DNA of 64,000 nt from Eledone cirrhosa (Eukaryota), in NCBI GenBank assembly GCA_964016885.1, contig OZ024741.1:21080001-21144000 (forward strand). The letters are read 5' to 3'. Position numbers and translations under genes: made by a program. Of this stretch, positions 51,363 to 64,000 are shown piece by piece. The notes under the pieces are model-generated. The model was not told where the DNA came from, made no database searches, and saw only the letters and a list, made by a program, of their open reading frames with translations. Position 1 is the first letter of the stretch. Each line of letters starts with the position of its first letter.

Positions 51363-51658
51363 GCTTCTTCTTCGCCCACTTATTCCTGCGAGGGTCGTGG
51401 AGGCAGAGTCCTCAAACAATCCTTCCAGCGGATCCTGTCAGAAGCAACCATCTCCAAGTGATCCGGCTGGATCCCTAAGCGAGACCAGCTGAGCTCATGG
51501 ATGTTATCCAACCATCTTGTTCTGGGTCTCCTGCTGGTTGGTTTTAACCATAAAATCTGTCCAACGATTCTTTCCTGAGACATTCTAACCACATGTCCAT
51601 AGTATCGGAGCTGTGATCTCTCAATTTGGAGAAGTAGCGGCTTGATTTTTTTTGTCAT
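51363..51658 (-). mobile_element. RTE-type LINE 3' end with (GAA)n tail
   Basis: QLRYYGHVVRM...RRPRTRWLD...DRIRW. Confidence 0.75.
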
Positions 51659-51945
51659 AGAAAAATAATAGGTGATTTATTGCAAAAAAAAAAACAAAGT
51701 GAAATATATAGTTTATATGAATTACATATGTAATTTTGTGACTTTTATGTGTGGAATATATCATACATACACACCGTGTAGTATATATATGCAACAATCG
51801 CTTTCAAACATACTTCTGAATACACCCACCTTTCTTACCGGTGCAGCGGGGAATCGCTTCTTTGTCAACCTTTCAGCTAGAAATAGAAGCCAAATTTAAC
51901 CTCACGTCATATTTGCAGTCGTCAAAAATGAATATAGCAGATAAT

Positions 51946-52060
51946 TGTTTCTACTTTTTTGGCACCAGGCCAGCAATTACCCAGTACATTACTGGTACTT
52001 TATTTTATCGACCCCGTAAGGATGAAAGGCAAAGTGAACCTCGGCGGGATTTGAACGCAT
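51946..52060 (-). mobile_element. truncated SINE with 18-bp TSD
   Basis: ATGAATATAGCAGATAAT at 51928 and 52061. Confidence 0.88.
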
Positions 52061-52324
52061 ATGAATATAGCAGATAATGTAAGCCTGAAAAAATATGAGA
52101 TGATCACGACTGGAATGTCTTTAACCATAGGTTTGCTCATCAATACTGTTTCAGGGGTCGTTGATTTCGCCCTTACAATTATACATGTTCTAGATTTTCA
52201 CAAGGAGGCTAACTGCAATAAATTTCTGTAGTAAAACTACTTACACGGCAACAAACTTGCAAATCCTTTCACTAATATAACTAGCAAGGGGGCGGATAGC
52301 GATACAGACACAATATATATATAT

Positions 52325-52462
52325 GAACGAGTAGGACCCCGACGGCTGATCTCAAGCCGTTTCGACGGCTAATTCTGGACTCAGTATTAGTACTTTTGTA
52401 TTGAGTATTGAGTACTTTGGTGCGTTATGGTCCATCTGGTTCCTTACCACATTTCCTTCGTT
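52325..52462 (+). mobile_element. PLE family B mini-insertion
   Basis: Same architecture as 49566, with a GTATTGAGTA stutter at the junction. Confidence 0.8.
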
Positions 52463-52563
52463 ATATATATATATAATGTAGGAGGTGAGTTTTATTGTAG
52501 CACAATAAAGCAATGCAAATATCGGATAAGTAGCACTCTACAATTTGTAGGGCTGGAATATAA

Positions 52564-52852
52564 ATAATATAAGATCAAAAGATGGTTTAAAGAGTTCCAA
52601 GTATTTTATTATGCGCATTTCAAAAACAAATATCATCATGGGATGATATCTGCGTTCTCATCAGATAAAATAGAGACACATGATATGAAGTTTAAAAAAC
52701 AAACTATTCACGAGTGTTTTTTAAGCTTCATATCATGTATCCCTATTTTATCTGATGAGAACGCAGATATCATCCCATGATGATATTTGTTTTTAAAATG
52801 CGCATAATAAAATACTTGGAACTCTTTTAACCATCTTTTGATCTTATATTAT
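52564..52852. ncRNA. inverted repeat with two divergent hammerheads (52602-52672 -, 52744-52814 +)
   Basis: TATTTTAT-CTGATGA-GAACGCAGATATCATC(CCAT)GATGATATTTGTTTTT-GAAA-TGCGCA-TA-ATAAAATA. The + copy has AAAA in place of GAAA. Confidence 0.8.
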
Positions 52853-52865
52853 GTATATATATATA

Positions 52866-53300
52866 AAAGCCATTAAAAAAATCGCAGAAGATATTTTCGA
52901 TTCCGCGAATATGTGGTGGCTTCCACAAACAACTATTAGTTAGGTTCTAAAAAAAATTCTGCGAATAACCAGGACCGCGAATGTCGGGGGGGTACACTAT
53001 ATATATATATTCGCAGAATTTTCTTGAGAACCTAACTAATAATTGTTTGTAGAAGCTACCGCATATTCGCGGAATTGAAAATATCTTCTGCGATTTTTTT
53101 AATGGCTTTTTTCGTGGCAACATATATTTTTTTTACGCTAAATTATTAATAACAATATACTATATTTGCTGGCCTATTGGACACCCCTTCTTTTTTTTTT
53201 CATATTTTACGTTATATTTTGACTTTTATGGTCCGCGTTCAATATTCGCAGTTTGTCGCTCATCGCGGGTGCTCTATGAACGTAATCCCCGGGGGAAAAC
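52866..53300. mobile_element. pogo/Tigger-like MITE pieces in inverted arrangement
   Basis: 52866-52967 mirrors 53008-53110. TIR-like CGCGAATGTCGGGGGGTACACTA. Confidence 0.5.
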
Positions 53301-53315
53301 TATATATATATATAT

Positions 53316-55821
53316 TTAGAAAACAACACATACTATGAAAAAACAGAAAACTACAAACACACCAAAACAATGGGGAACCTTTTGACCTTACTGAATAAAT
53401 ACCGCAACAGCTTAACCACAAAAGAGTTTAACTATATAAGCCACTTCAAATGCAATACAAGCTCTTTTTACGGCTTACCGAAACTCCACAAATGTAAACC
53501 CATAAACGATGCATGTGACACCTCAACCAACAATTACATTGAACTAACACCACCAGAAGACCTAAAACTCAGGCCAATTATAGCAGGCCCTACATGTGAA
53601 ACCCACAGACTTAGCAACTTTCTGGACATCCTACTGAAACCCTTTCTACAACATATACAGAGCTACATACGAGATGACCTTGACATGCTGAAACACCTCC
53701 CTAAAACAGTAAGTGCAAATACAATTCTTGTCTCCTTTGACGTAAGAAACCGCTACACAAACATACCCCACAACTATGGAATAACAGCAGTCCAATACTG
53801 GCTTAACACACACCCATCAGAAATACCGACACGCATCAACACAGATTTTATCACTGACGGACTCCGCTTATCCTACAAAATAACTACTTCACATTCAATG
53901 GTTCAACATACAGACAAGTATCAGGTACGGCAATGGGCACGAAAGTAGCACCCACATATGCCAACCTAGTCATGGGATTCCATGAACAACAAATATACAG
54001 TCAGTCCCTTCTCTTATTTGGAGACTCTTTCCACACACACCTCAAAGCCAATTGGAAAAGGTATCTAGACGACTGCTTTATCCTATGGCAAGAAGACATG
54101 AACTCACTTACTACGTTTAAAAACATGATAAACAACATAGATAATAACATACAATTCACAATGGAATCCAATCCTAAGGAATTAGCCTTCTTGGATATTC
54201 TCATCTCTGTAATAGACGGGAAATTAGATACAGATATATTCTATAAACCCACAGATTCCAAGCAATACCTCTTTTTCACATCAAGTCACCCAAAACATAC
54301 AAAACTTAACATTCCTTACAATTTGGCCAAACGTATATGTACCATAGTATCAGATCCACCTAAACGGGAGCAAAGACTAAAGGAACTAAAAGACACCCTT
54401 ATCTTAAGAGCCTTTCCACTTGAAATAATTAACAATGGAATAGACAGGGCAAAACACCTAAATCCCCATCAACTTAACAATCCAAAACAGAAAACCACAC
54501 TCAACACCCTGCCATATGTATCCACTTTCAACCCCAGAAATACCAAAATGTTTGATCACCTACACAAAAACCTCCCCATCCTACTTAAAGATGTAAAAAT
54601 GAAGTCTATTCTTGAAACACACAAGATCCTTAAAAGTAAAAGACAACCCAAATCACTTAAACGCATTCTCACTGGACCAAATATACCCAAACCAATCCTC
54701 AACCCTACAGTTACCAAATGTGGTAGAACAAACTGTGGAACGTGCCTCTACCTCACTGAAGGACAAACATTTACATTCAAAGATGGCCAAACATTTACAG
54801 TAAAAAACAATTTCACCTGCAACTCGGAGAACTTGATTTACACAATAACTTGCGGTGGGTGCAAACACAACTACATAGGACAGACGGGCATCTCATTACG
54901 CAAAAGAATGACCATCCACCGCCAACAAATCCGGGACGCTAACACAAGAAAAATCCCCTTGAGCAGCCATATTGCGAACTGCGCAGGAATGACACTACCC
55001 AACTTTAAAATCTTCCCCTTCTACAAGTGCTCAGATTCGTTCACACAGCAACAAAGAATAAACAAAGAAAATCTATTCCTTAACAAATTTAAACCAAAAC
55101 TAAACGGGTTATCACCCCAATAGAATTGTCATAAAATATAAACACACATACGCACGGAATCACTACTATTAAAGACCAGAGACCAATTCTGTAGAATCGG
55201 GTTTATTCGTTGACAGACCATGCCTTTGTGTGACCAACACATCCATGTTAAACCCTGCACGTGCACACACATATATCTATATATATATGCGCACACAGAA
55301 TTCACCACTGTCGGTTGCGGGGCCTAATCTACATGAAGAACTCAATGTGATCAGAATGACTTGTATTTTAATTTCACTGTCCCAACTTCTTATATTATGG
55401 AAAAAATATATGTGTCTGTATGTGTATATATATATATATTTGGAGGCCATTTCTCTGTGTGTGGGTGTATGTATGTGTATATGTGTGTGCATGTGGATGT
55501 ATGTATTGTGTGTGCGTGTGTGTGTGTGTATGTATGTGTGTATCTGGATGTATGCGTATGTGTGTATATATATATATATATGCGTGTGTGTATATATATG
55601 TGTGTGTGTGTGTATGTTTGTATGTGTGTATGTATATATATGTGTGTGTGTATGTATGTGTGGGGGTGTATGTGTGTATGTATATATATGTGTGTGTGTA
55701 TGTATGTGTGGGGGGTGTGTGTGTATATATATATATATGTGTGTATATATATATGTGTCTGTGTGTGTATGTATGTGTGTATCTGGATGTATGTGTATGT
55801 ATATATATGTGTGTGTGTGTG

Positions 55822-55852
<31 letters not shown>

Positions 55853-56390
55853 ATGTGTGTATGTATATGTATGTATGTGTGTATATATAGGTGTAAGTGC
55901 ACTAAATCCCTTTCTATCACGCTCCACTCTCCTACCCACCACAGGAAGATATGTGTATGTATATTGCTTCCACCCCCTCACTGACCAGCAGCTGGCCAGT
56001 TGGCCATTGCTAAATCTGACCTTTATAAAATAACCCACACCCCAAATAACTTCTCATTCACTACCAGAAAGGGACACAGCAGTCAACTAGTTGTTGCTAC
56101 CTAGATGAAAACTACTATGAAATCCCACAATGAATTTTATACTTGAATTTTCAAATCTCAAATTTTAACTCTTCTTATTATTAATTTTTCTTAATATTAA
56201 TCAACATTTGAAAAGATGGCTTTTGCAGACCCATCGAAACCGGTCATTTTTTATACCCTTTATTATTTCCTTACCTTATAAAATTATATGTTTTTTCACA
56301 AAAAAGTATTCTGTCTCTTATATATTCCATGTGCCATTACCAACCTCAATTTTCTGTATATATATTTATATATATATATATATATATTCA
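53316..56390 (+). mobile_element. Neptune-type PLE, 5'-truncated, one frameshift, microsatellite-expanded 3' UTR
   Basis: ORFs 53370..53948 and 53933..55123 are homologous to 16386 (YGLPKLHK, RYLDD, CGRTNCGTC, NLIY..YIGQTG). HHR at 56203. Confidence 0.88.
56203..56250 (+). ncRNA. hammerhead with U3-A8 core (TTGAAAA)
   Basis: AACAT-TTGAAAA-GATGG(CTTTTGCAGAC)CCATC-GAAA-CCGG-TC-ATTTT, with palindrome ACCGGT and one stem I mismatch. Confidence 0.65.
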
Positions 56391-57296
56391 AAATTATAAA
56401 AAAAAGTCAAGGCTAAAATATATTATATTATATATATTTATAACAAATTTAATATAGAAATGGTTTCTACAGAACTTTTACACTCAGCACACTACAGCCG
56501 CCTGGAATATAACCCGACACGCGACGGGCCTCGTAACAGCAGTGAGTGCTTCGAACAGTGCGCCGCCTGTAACTCTAGTTATACACATATACATGCGTGT
56601 ATGTGCACACATGCAGCGAGACTGTAACTGCATTATTTTTGTTCTAAATAACGACAGGAAGATAGATACCGTTAATGTCTGCAATGAATTTTCTCGAAAT
56701 TAATTGAAGATTTAAACAACAAAAACAGTGCCAAAGAGTATAAATCTGTATTGTTGCATGAATGACCGAAACTCTCTCTCTCCCAGCGGTAGTCCACCTA
56801 GATCTAAAAAGGTTGTCGTACCCTTCATTTAAGTCTACCTGGCCCTTTGGTAGGTTTTCTCCAGTTCTATGTTAGATACGCAGTGCAGTCTCACACAGGT
56901 GATATCAATTGAACATGTTTCCATTAACTGACATTAACCATGAAATTCCGGGGAGTCTTTCGGGGATTCTTAAAATCTATAAACAACCCACTAAGATCAG
57001 TTGATTGAAATGTTTGTTTAAAGGTAAACTTACACATACACACATACATACATGTATACACGTACACACATACACACATATACATGCACACACAAACATA
57101 CATACATGCACACACAAACATACATACATGCACACACACACATGCACACAAACGTGATGGACTTCTCAGTTTCCATCACCAAATTTCATTTAGAATTTGT
57201 TTAATCCAAAGCTATATAAGAAGACAAGGGCTTCATTGCAAATATCTTAACTATATCATTATGGCTGCATCCATGACTATCGTGATATAGCACCAC

Positions 57297-57500
57297 TCAT
57301 CATCATCACCGTTTAACGTCCATCTTTACACACTGGTATGGGTTAGACGAGTTGTCTCATTGTGAGACAAGCCAGATCAGATAACAGTGTCTTGCTCACA
57401 TAGAACTGATTTGGGTTTGATTTCTACAACTGAATGCCATTCCTTACACCAACCACATTTACAGGGTGTACTGGGTGCCTTTTATCGTGGCACCAAAACG
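57297..57500 (-). mobile_element. SINE 3' portion with (GAT)n tail, leading into the 48-bp array
   Basis: CATCATCATCACCGTTTAACGTCC...CCAACCACATTTACAGGGTGTACTGGGTGCC. Confidence 0.55.
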
Positions 57501-60500
57501 ACCACTTTACAGTGTGGGGTGGGCACTCTTTGTCATGACACCTACATGATCACTTTACAGTGTGGGGTGGGCACTCTTTGTCATGACACCTACATGATCA
57601 CTTTACAGTGTGGGGTGGGTACTCTTTGTCATGACACCTACATGATCACTTTACAGTGTGGGGTGGGTACTCTTTGTCATGACACCTACACTACCACTTT
57701 ACAGTGTGGGGTGGGCATTCTTTGTCATGACACCTACATGATCACTTTACAGTGTGGGGTGGGTACTCTTTGTCATGACACCTACATGATCACTTTACAG
57801 TGTGGGGTGGGCACTCTTTGTCATGACACCTACTTGATCACTTTACAGTGTGGGGTGGGCACTCTTTGTCATGACACCTACATGATCACTTTACAGTGTG
57901 GGGTGGGCACTCTTTGTCATGACACCTACATGATCACTTTACAGTGTGGGGTGGGTACTCTTTGTCATGACACCTACACTACCACTTTACAGTGTGGGGT
58001 GGGCACTCTTTGTCATGACACCTACATGATCACTTTACAGTGTGGGATGGGCACTCTTTGTCATGACACCTACACTACCACTTTACAGTGTGGGGTGGGT
58101 ACTCTTTGTCATGACACCTACATGATCACTTTACAGTGTGGGGTGGGCACTCTTTGTCATGACACCTACATGATCACTTTACAGTGTGGGGTGGGTACTC
58201 TTTGTCATGACACCTACACTACCACTTTACAGTGTGGGATGGGCACTCTTTGTCATGACACCTACATGATCACTTTACAGTGTGGGGTGGGCACTCTTTG
58301 TCATGACACCTACATGATCACTTTACAGTGTGGGATGGGCACTCTTTGTCATGACACCTACACTACCACTTTACAGTGTGGGGTGGGTACTCTTTGTCAT
58401 GACACCTACATGATCACTTTACAGTGTGGGGTGGGTACTCTTTGTCATGACACCTACATGATCACTTTACAGTGTGGGATGGGCACTCTTTGTCATGACA
58501 CCTACACTACCACTTTACAGTGTGGGGTGGGTACTCTTTGTCATGACACCTACATGATCACTTTACAGTGTGGGGTGGGCACTCTTTGTCATGACACCTA
58601 CATGATCACTTTACAGTGTGGGGTGGGTACTCTTTGTCATGACACCTACACTACCACTTTACAGTGTGGGATGGGCACTCTTTGTCATGATACCTACATG
58701 ATCACTTTACAGTGTGGGGTGGGTACTCTTTGTCATGGCACCTACATGATCACTTTACAGTGTGGGATGGGCACTCTTTGTCATGACACCTACACTACCA
58801 CTTTACAGTGTGGGGTGGGTACTCTTTGTCATGACACCTACATGATCACTTTATAGTGTGGGATGGGCACTCTTTGTCATGACACCTACACTACCACTTT
58901 ACAGTGTGGGGTGGGCACTCTTTGTCATGACACCTACATGATCACTTTATAGTGTGGGGTGGGTACTCTTTGTCATGACACCTACACTACCACTTTACAG
59001 TGTGGGGTGGGCATTCTTTGTCATGATACCTACATGATCACTTTACAGTGTGGGGTGGGTACTCTTTGTCATGACACCTACATGATCACTTTACAGTGTG
59101 GGATGGGCACTCTTTGTCATGACACCTACACTACCACTTTACAGTGTGGGATGGGCACTCTTTGTCATGACACCTACACTACCACTTTACAGTGTGGGGT
59201 GGGCACTCTTTGTCATGACACCTACATGATCACTTTACAGTGTGGGGTGGGTACTCTTTGTCATGACACCTACACTACCACTTTACAGTGTGGGGTGGGC
59301 ATTCTTTGTCATGACACCTACATGATCACTTTACAGTGTGGGGTGGGTACTCTTTGTCATGACACCTACATGATCACTTTACAGTGTGGGGTGGGCACTC
59401 TTTGTCATGACACCTACTTGATCACTTTACAGTGTGGGGTGGGCACTCTTTGCCATGACACCTACATGATCACTTTACAGTGTGGGGTGGGCACTCTTTG
59501 TCATGACACCTACATGATCACTTTACAGTGAAGGGTGGGTACTCTTTGTCATGACACCTACACTACCACTTTACAGTGTGGGGTGGGCACTCTTTGTCAT
59601 GACACCTACACTACCACTTTACAGTGTGGGGTGGGCACTCTTTGTCATGACACCTACATGATCACTTTACAGTGTGGGATGGGCACTCTTTGTCATGACA
59701 CCTACACTACCACTTTACAGTGTGGGGTGGGTACTCTTTGTCATGACACCTACATGATCACTTTACAGTGTGGGGTGGGCACTCTTTGTCATGACACCTA
59801 CATGATCACTTTACAGTGTGGGGTGGGTACTCTTTGTCATGACACCTACACTACCACTTTACAGTGTGGGATGGGCACTCTTTGTCATGACACCTACATG
59901 ATCACTTTACAGTGTGGGGTGGGCACTCTTTGTCATGACACCTACATGATCACTTTACAGTGTGGGATGGGCACTCTTTGTCATGACACCTACACTACCA
60001 CTTTACAGTGTGGGGTGGGTACTCTTTGTCATGACACCTACATGATCACTTTACAGTGTGGGGTGGGTACTCTTTGTCATGACACCTACATGATCACTTT
60101 ATAGTGTGGGATGGGCACTCTTTGTCATGACACCTACATGATCACTTTACAGTGTGGGGTGGGTACTCTTTGTCATGACACCTACACTACCACTTTACAG
60201 TGTGGGGTGGGCACTCTTTGTCATGATACCTACATGATCACTTTACAGTGTGGGGTGGGTACTCTTTGTCATGGCACCTACATGATCACTTTACAGTGTG
60301 GGATGGGCACTCTTTGTCATGACACCTACACTACCACTTTACAGTGTGGGGTGGGTACTCTTTGTCATGACACCTACATGATCACTTTACAGTGTGGGAT
60401 GGGCACTCTTTGTCATGACACCTACACTACCACTTTACAGTGTGGGGTGGGCACTCTTTGTCATGACACCTACATGATCACTTTATAGTGTGGGGTGGGT

Positions 60501-61010
60501 ACTCTTTGTCATGACACCTACACTACCACTTTACAGTGTGGGGTGGGCATTCTTTGTCATGATACCTACATGATCACTTTACAGTGTGGGGTGGGTACTC
60601 TTTGTCATGACACCTACATGATCACTTTACAGTGTGGGATGGGCACTCTTTGTCATGACACCTACACTACCACTTTACAGTGTGGGATGGGCACTCTTTG
60701 TCATGACACCTACACTACCACTTTACAGTGTGGGGTGGGCACTCTTTGTCATGACACCTACATGATCACTTTACAGTGTGGGGTGGGTACTCTTTGTCAT
60801 GACACCTACACTACCACTTTACAGTGTGGGGTGGGCACTCTTTGTCATGATACCTACATGATCACTTTACAGTGTGGGGTGGGTACTCTTTGTCATGACA
60901 CCTACATGATCACTTTACAGTGTGGGATGGGCACTCTTTGTCATGACACCTACACTACCACTTTACAGTGTGGGGTGGGTACTCTTTGTCATGACACCTA
61001 CATGATCACT
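57501..61010. repeat. 48-bp minisatellite (CACTTTACAGTGTGGGGTGGGCACTCTTTGTCATGACACCTACATGAT)
   Basis: Direct periodicity, giving 16-aa repeats in the ORF track. Confidence 0.97.
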
Positions 61011-61084
61011 CAACAGATTGGCTGGATGCCTTTTCTCGTGACACCTACACGACTTTACAGTGTCGGCTGCTTTATCACTATTCC

Positions 61085-62817
61085 ATCCTTCCATGTAGGA
61101 CCAGATTAGACCTTGTTGTGATTGAGATTTAAACCTTGTTGAGTCCAGGGAAGTCCAGATTTCGACCTTGTTGTGTCCAGGGAAGTCCAGACTTAGACCT
61201 TGTGTCCAGGGAAGTCCAGACTTAGACCTTGTGTCCAGGGAAGTCCAGATTTAGACCGTGTTGTGTCTAGGGAAGTCCAGATTTAGACCTTGTTGTGTCC
61301 AGGGAAGTCCAGACTTAGACCTTGTGTCCAGGGAAGTCCAGATTTCGACCTTGTGTCCAGGGAAGTCCAGACTTAGACCTTGTGTCCAGGGAAGTCCAGA
61401 TTTAGACCTTGTTGTGTCCAGGGAAGTCCAGACTTAGACCTTGTGTCCAGGGAAGTCCAGATTTAGACCTTGTTGTGTCCAGGGAAGTCCAGACTTAGAC
61501 CTTGTGTCCAGGGAAGTCCAGATTTCGACCTTGTGTCCAGGGAAGTCCAGACTTAGACCTTGTGTCCAGGGAAGTCCAGATTTAGACCTTGTTGTGTCCA
61601 GGGAAGTCCAGACTTAGACCTTGTGTCCAGGGAAGTCCAGATTTAGACCTTGTTGTGTCCAGGGAAGTCCAGATTTAGACCTTGTTGTGTCCAGGGAAGT
61701 CCAGATTTAGACCTTGTTGTGTCCAGGGAAGTCCAGACTTAGACCTTGTGTCCAGAGAAGTCCAGACTTAGACCTTGTGTCCAGGGAAGTCCAGATTTAG
61801 ACCTTGTTGTGTCCAGGGAAGTCCAGATTTAGACCTTGTTGTGTCCAGGGAAGTCCAGATTTAGACCTTGTTGTGTCCAGGGAAGTCCAGATTTAGACCT
61901 TGTTGTGTCCAGGGAAGTCCAGACTTAGACCTTGTCTCCAGGGAAGTCCAGATTTCGACCTTGTGTCCAGGGAAGTCCAGACTTAGACCTTGTGTCCAGG
62001 GAAGTCCAGATTTAGACCTTGTTGTGTCCAGGGAAGTCCAGACTTAGACCTTGTGTCCAGGGAAGTCCAGATTTAGACCTTGTTGTGTCCAGGGAAGTCC
62101 AGATTTAGACCTTGTTGTGTCCAGAGAAGTCCAGATTTAGACCTTGTTGTGTCCAGAGAAGTCCAGACTTAGACCTTGTGTCCAGGGAAGTCCAGATTTA
62201 GACCTTGTTGTGTCCAGGGAAGTCCAGACTTAGACCTTGTGTCAAGGGAAGTCCATATTTAGACCTTGTTGTGTCCAGGGAAGTTCAGACTTAGACCTTG
62301 TGTCCAGGGAAGTCCAGATTTAGACCTTGTTGAGTCCAGGGAAGTCCAGATTTAGACCTTGTTGTGTCCAGGAAAGTCCAGATTTAGACCTTGTTGTGTC
62401 CAGGAAAGTCCAGATTTAGACCTTGTTGTGTCCAGGAAAGTCCAGATTTAGACCTTGTTGAGTCCAGGAAAGTCCAGATTTAGACCTTGTTGTGTCCAGG
62501 GAAGTCCAGATTTAGACCTTGTTGTGTCCAGGGAAGTCCAGATTTAGACCTTGTTGTGTCCAGGGAAGTCCAGATTTAGACCTTGTTGTGTCCAGGGAAG
62601 TCCAGATTTAGACCTTGTTGAGTCCAGGAAAGTCCAGATTTAGACCTTGTGTCCAGGAAAGTCCAGATTTAGACCTTGTTGAGTCCAGGAAAGTCCAGAT
62701 TTAGACCTTGTGTCCAGGGAAGTCCAGACTTAGACCTTGTTGAGTCCAGGAAAGTCCAGATTTAGACCTTGTGTCCAGGAAAGTCCAGATTTAGACCTTG
62801 TGTCCAGGGAAGTTCAG
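61085..62817. repeat. 29/32-bp minisatellite (GTCCAGGGAAGTCCAGAYTTAGACCTTGT[TGT])
   Basis: Direct periodicity with two length variants. Confidence 0.97.
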
Positions 62818-63538
62818 GTTTGGTGGGCTCCTCATATAACAAAACCCACACACGCATAAATATATATATATACATATTTGTGTGTATATACGTATATCAT
62901 CATCGGCTATTTTTCATGATAGCATGGGTTAGACGGGTTGCCCTGTTGTGGGCAATGCTATATATATGTATAAGAAAAAGAAGTTCAAAATGCAATTGGA
63001 ATCTTAAAGAAGGTTTATTTACAACTTTACTTTACTGGTTTCACAAGTTTCATGATATATATATATATATAATCTTTTTAATTACCAACTGTAAGGAGTA
63101 CTCGATACTTCCCCTAGTTTGCCATGGCTTACTAGCTCTACATGGACATTTAAATTTGTTTAAATAAATAAATAAAATTGCAAGGATAAAAAATTTAACT
63201 TAATTTGTATGTAGAGTTATATATGAGAGTATATAACTACCATGTAGTTTTAGACTGAGCTCAGTGTGTTTATTTAATAATTGATTCTATTTTGGCACAA
63301 GGCCAGCAATTACCCCAGTGCATTACTGGTGCTTTATTTTATCGACCCCATAAGGATGAAAGACAAAATTTAATAATGAAGGAATAAGAGATACTTTTAA
63401 AGAAAAAGGCAAGGAAAGATAGAAGTAAACATAGAGCATATATAAACAAATAAATGGAATCAAAATACTAAACATGCTTATTGCTTTACAGTTGTTTCAC
63501 GTATGTTATATATCATTGCACAGTTCAAAATACAATTT

Positions 63539-64000
63539 TACATGATCACTTTACAGTGTGGGATGGGCACTCTTTGTCATGATACCTACATGATCACTTT
63601 ACAGTGTGGGATGGGTACTCTTTGTCATGACACCTACATGATCACTTTACAGTGTGGGATGGGCACTCTTTGTCATGATACCTACATGATCACTTTACAG
63701 TGTGGGGTGGGCACTCTTTGTCATGACACCTACACTACCACTTTACAGTGTGGGGTGGGCACTCTTTGTCATGACACCTACATGATCACTTTACAGTGTG
63801 GGGTGGGCACTCTTTGTCATGATACCTACATGATCACTTTACAGTGTGGGGTGGGTACTCTTTGTCATGACACCTACATGATCACTTTACAGTGTGGGAT
63901 GGGCACTCTTTGTCATGATACCTACATGATCACTTTACAGTGTGGGGTGGGCACTCTTTGTCATGACACCTACATGATCACTTTACAGTGTGGGGTGGGT
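63539..64000. repeat. 48-bp minisatellite resumes, open at window end
   Basis: Same unit as 57501-61010. Confidence 0.97.

Noticed and set aside
55230-56038. Several long ORFs (YIYI/VCVC/HTHT)
   Set aside because: These are dinucleotide microsatellite translations, as are the similar short ORFs throughout the window.
57387-61109. Cys/His-rich 16-aa repeat protein
   Set aside because: The 48-bp unit is stop-free by chance, TAG/TGA variants break it repeatedly, and the flanks are SINE-like.
57501-62817. CRISPR-like arrays
   Set aside because: There are no unique spacers and no cas genes; these are plain tandem repeats in eukaryotic DNA.
63480-63525. Possible minus-strand hammerhead (GAAACAACTGTA)
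   Set aside because: There is no acceptable CUGANGA or UUGANAA half and no clear stem II.

Overview
This is AT-rich, microsatellite-dense animal DNA. The SINE families look octopus-like, but that is an inference. I see no supportable host gene. The window is made up mostly of transposable elements bracketed by three minisatellite arrays (26, 48 and 29/32 bp units). It holds five coding Penelope-like elements (PLEs; RT plus C-terminal GIY-YIG, from two distinct subgroups, one with an intact 728-aa ORF), RTE-, R4- and Tx1-type LINE relics, an LTR-type RT-RNaseH fragment, a Chapaev-like transposase relic, a piggyBac-type MITE, Helitron-like elements and tRNA-type SINEs. The main signal not visible in the ORF track is about 20 type I hammerhead ribozyme (HHR) folds on both strands, read by eye. 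They lie in PLE pseudo-LTRs and in ORF-less units parked in (TA)n tracts. They include three independent U3-A8 covariant cores, a family with a fixed U4A core, and a two-copy family whose domain II carries two extra hairpins and a possible pseudoknot. Repeated fold-back mini-insertions and one templated 41-bp patch appear to record how these elements integrate. All folds, clade names and alignments are by-eye calls and need computational and biochemical confirmation.
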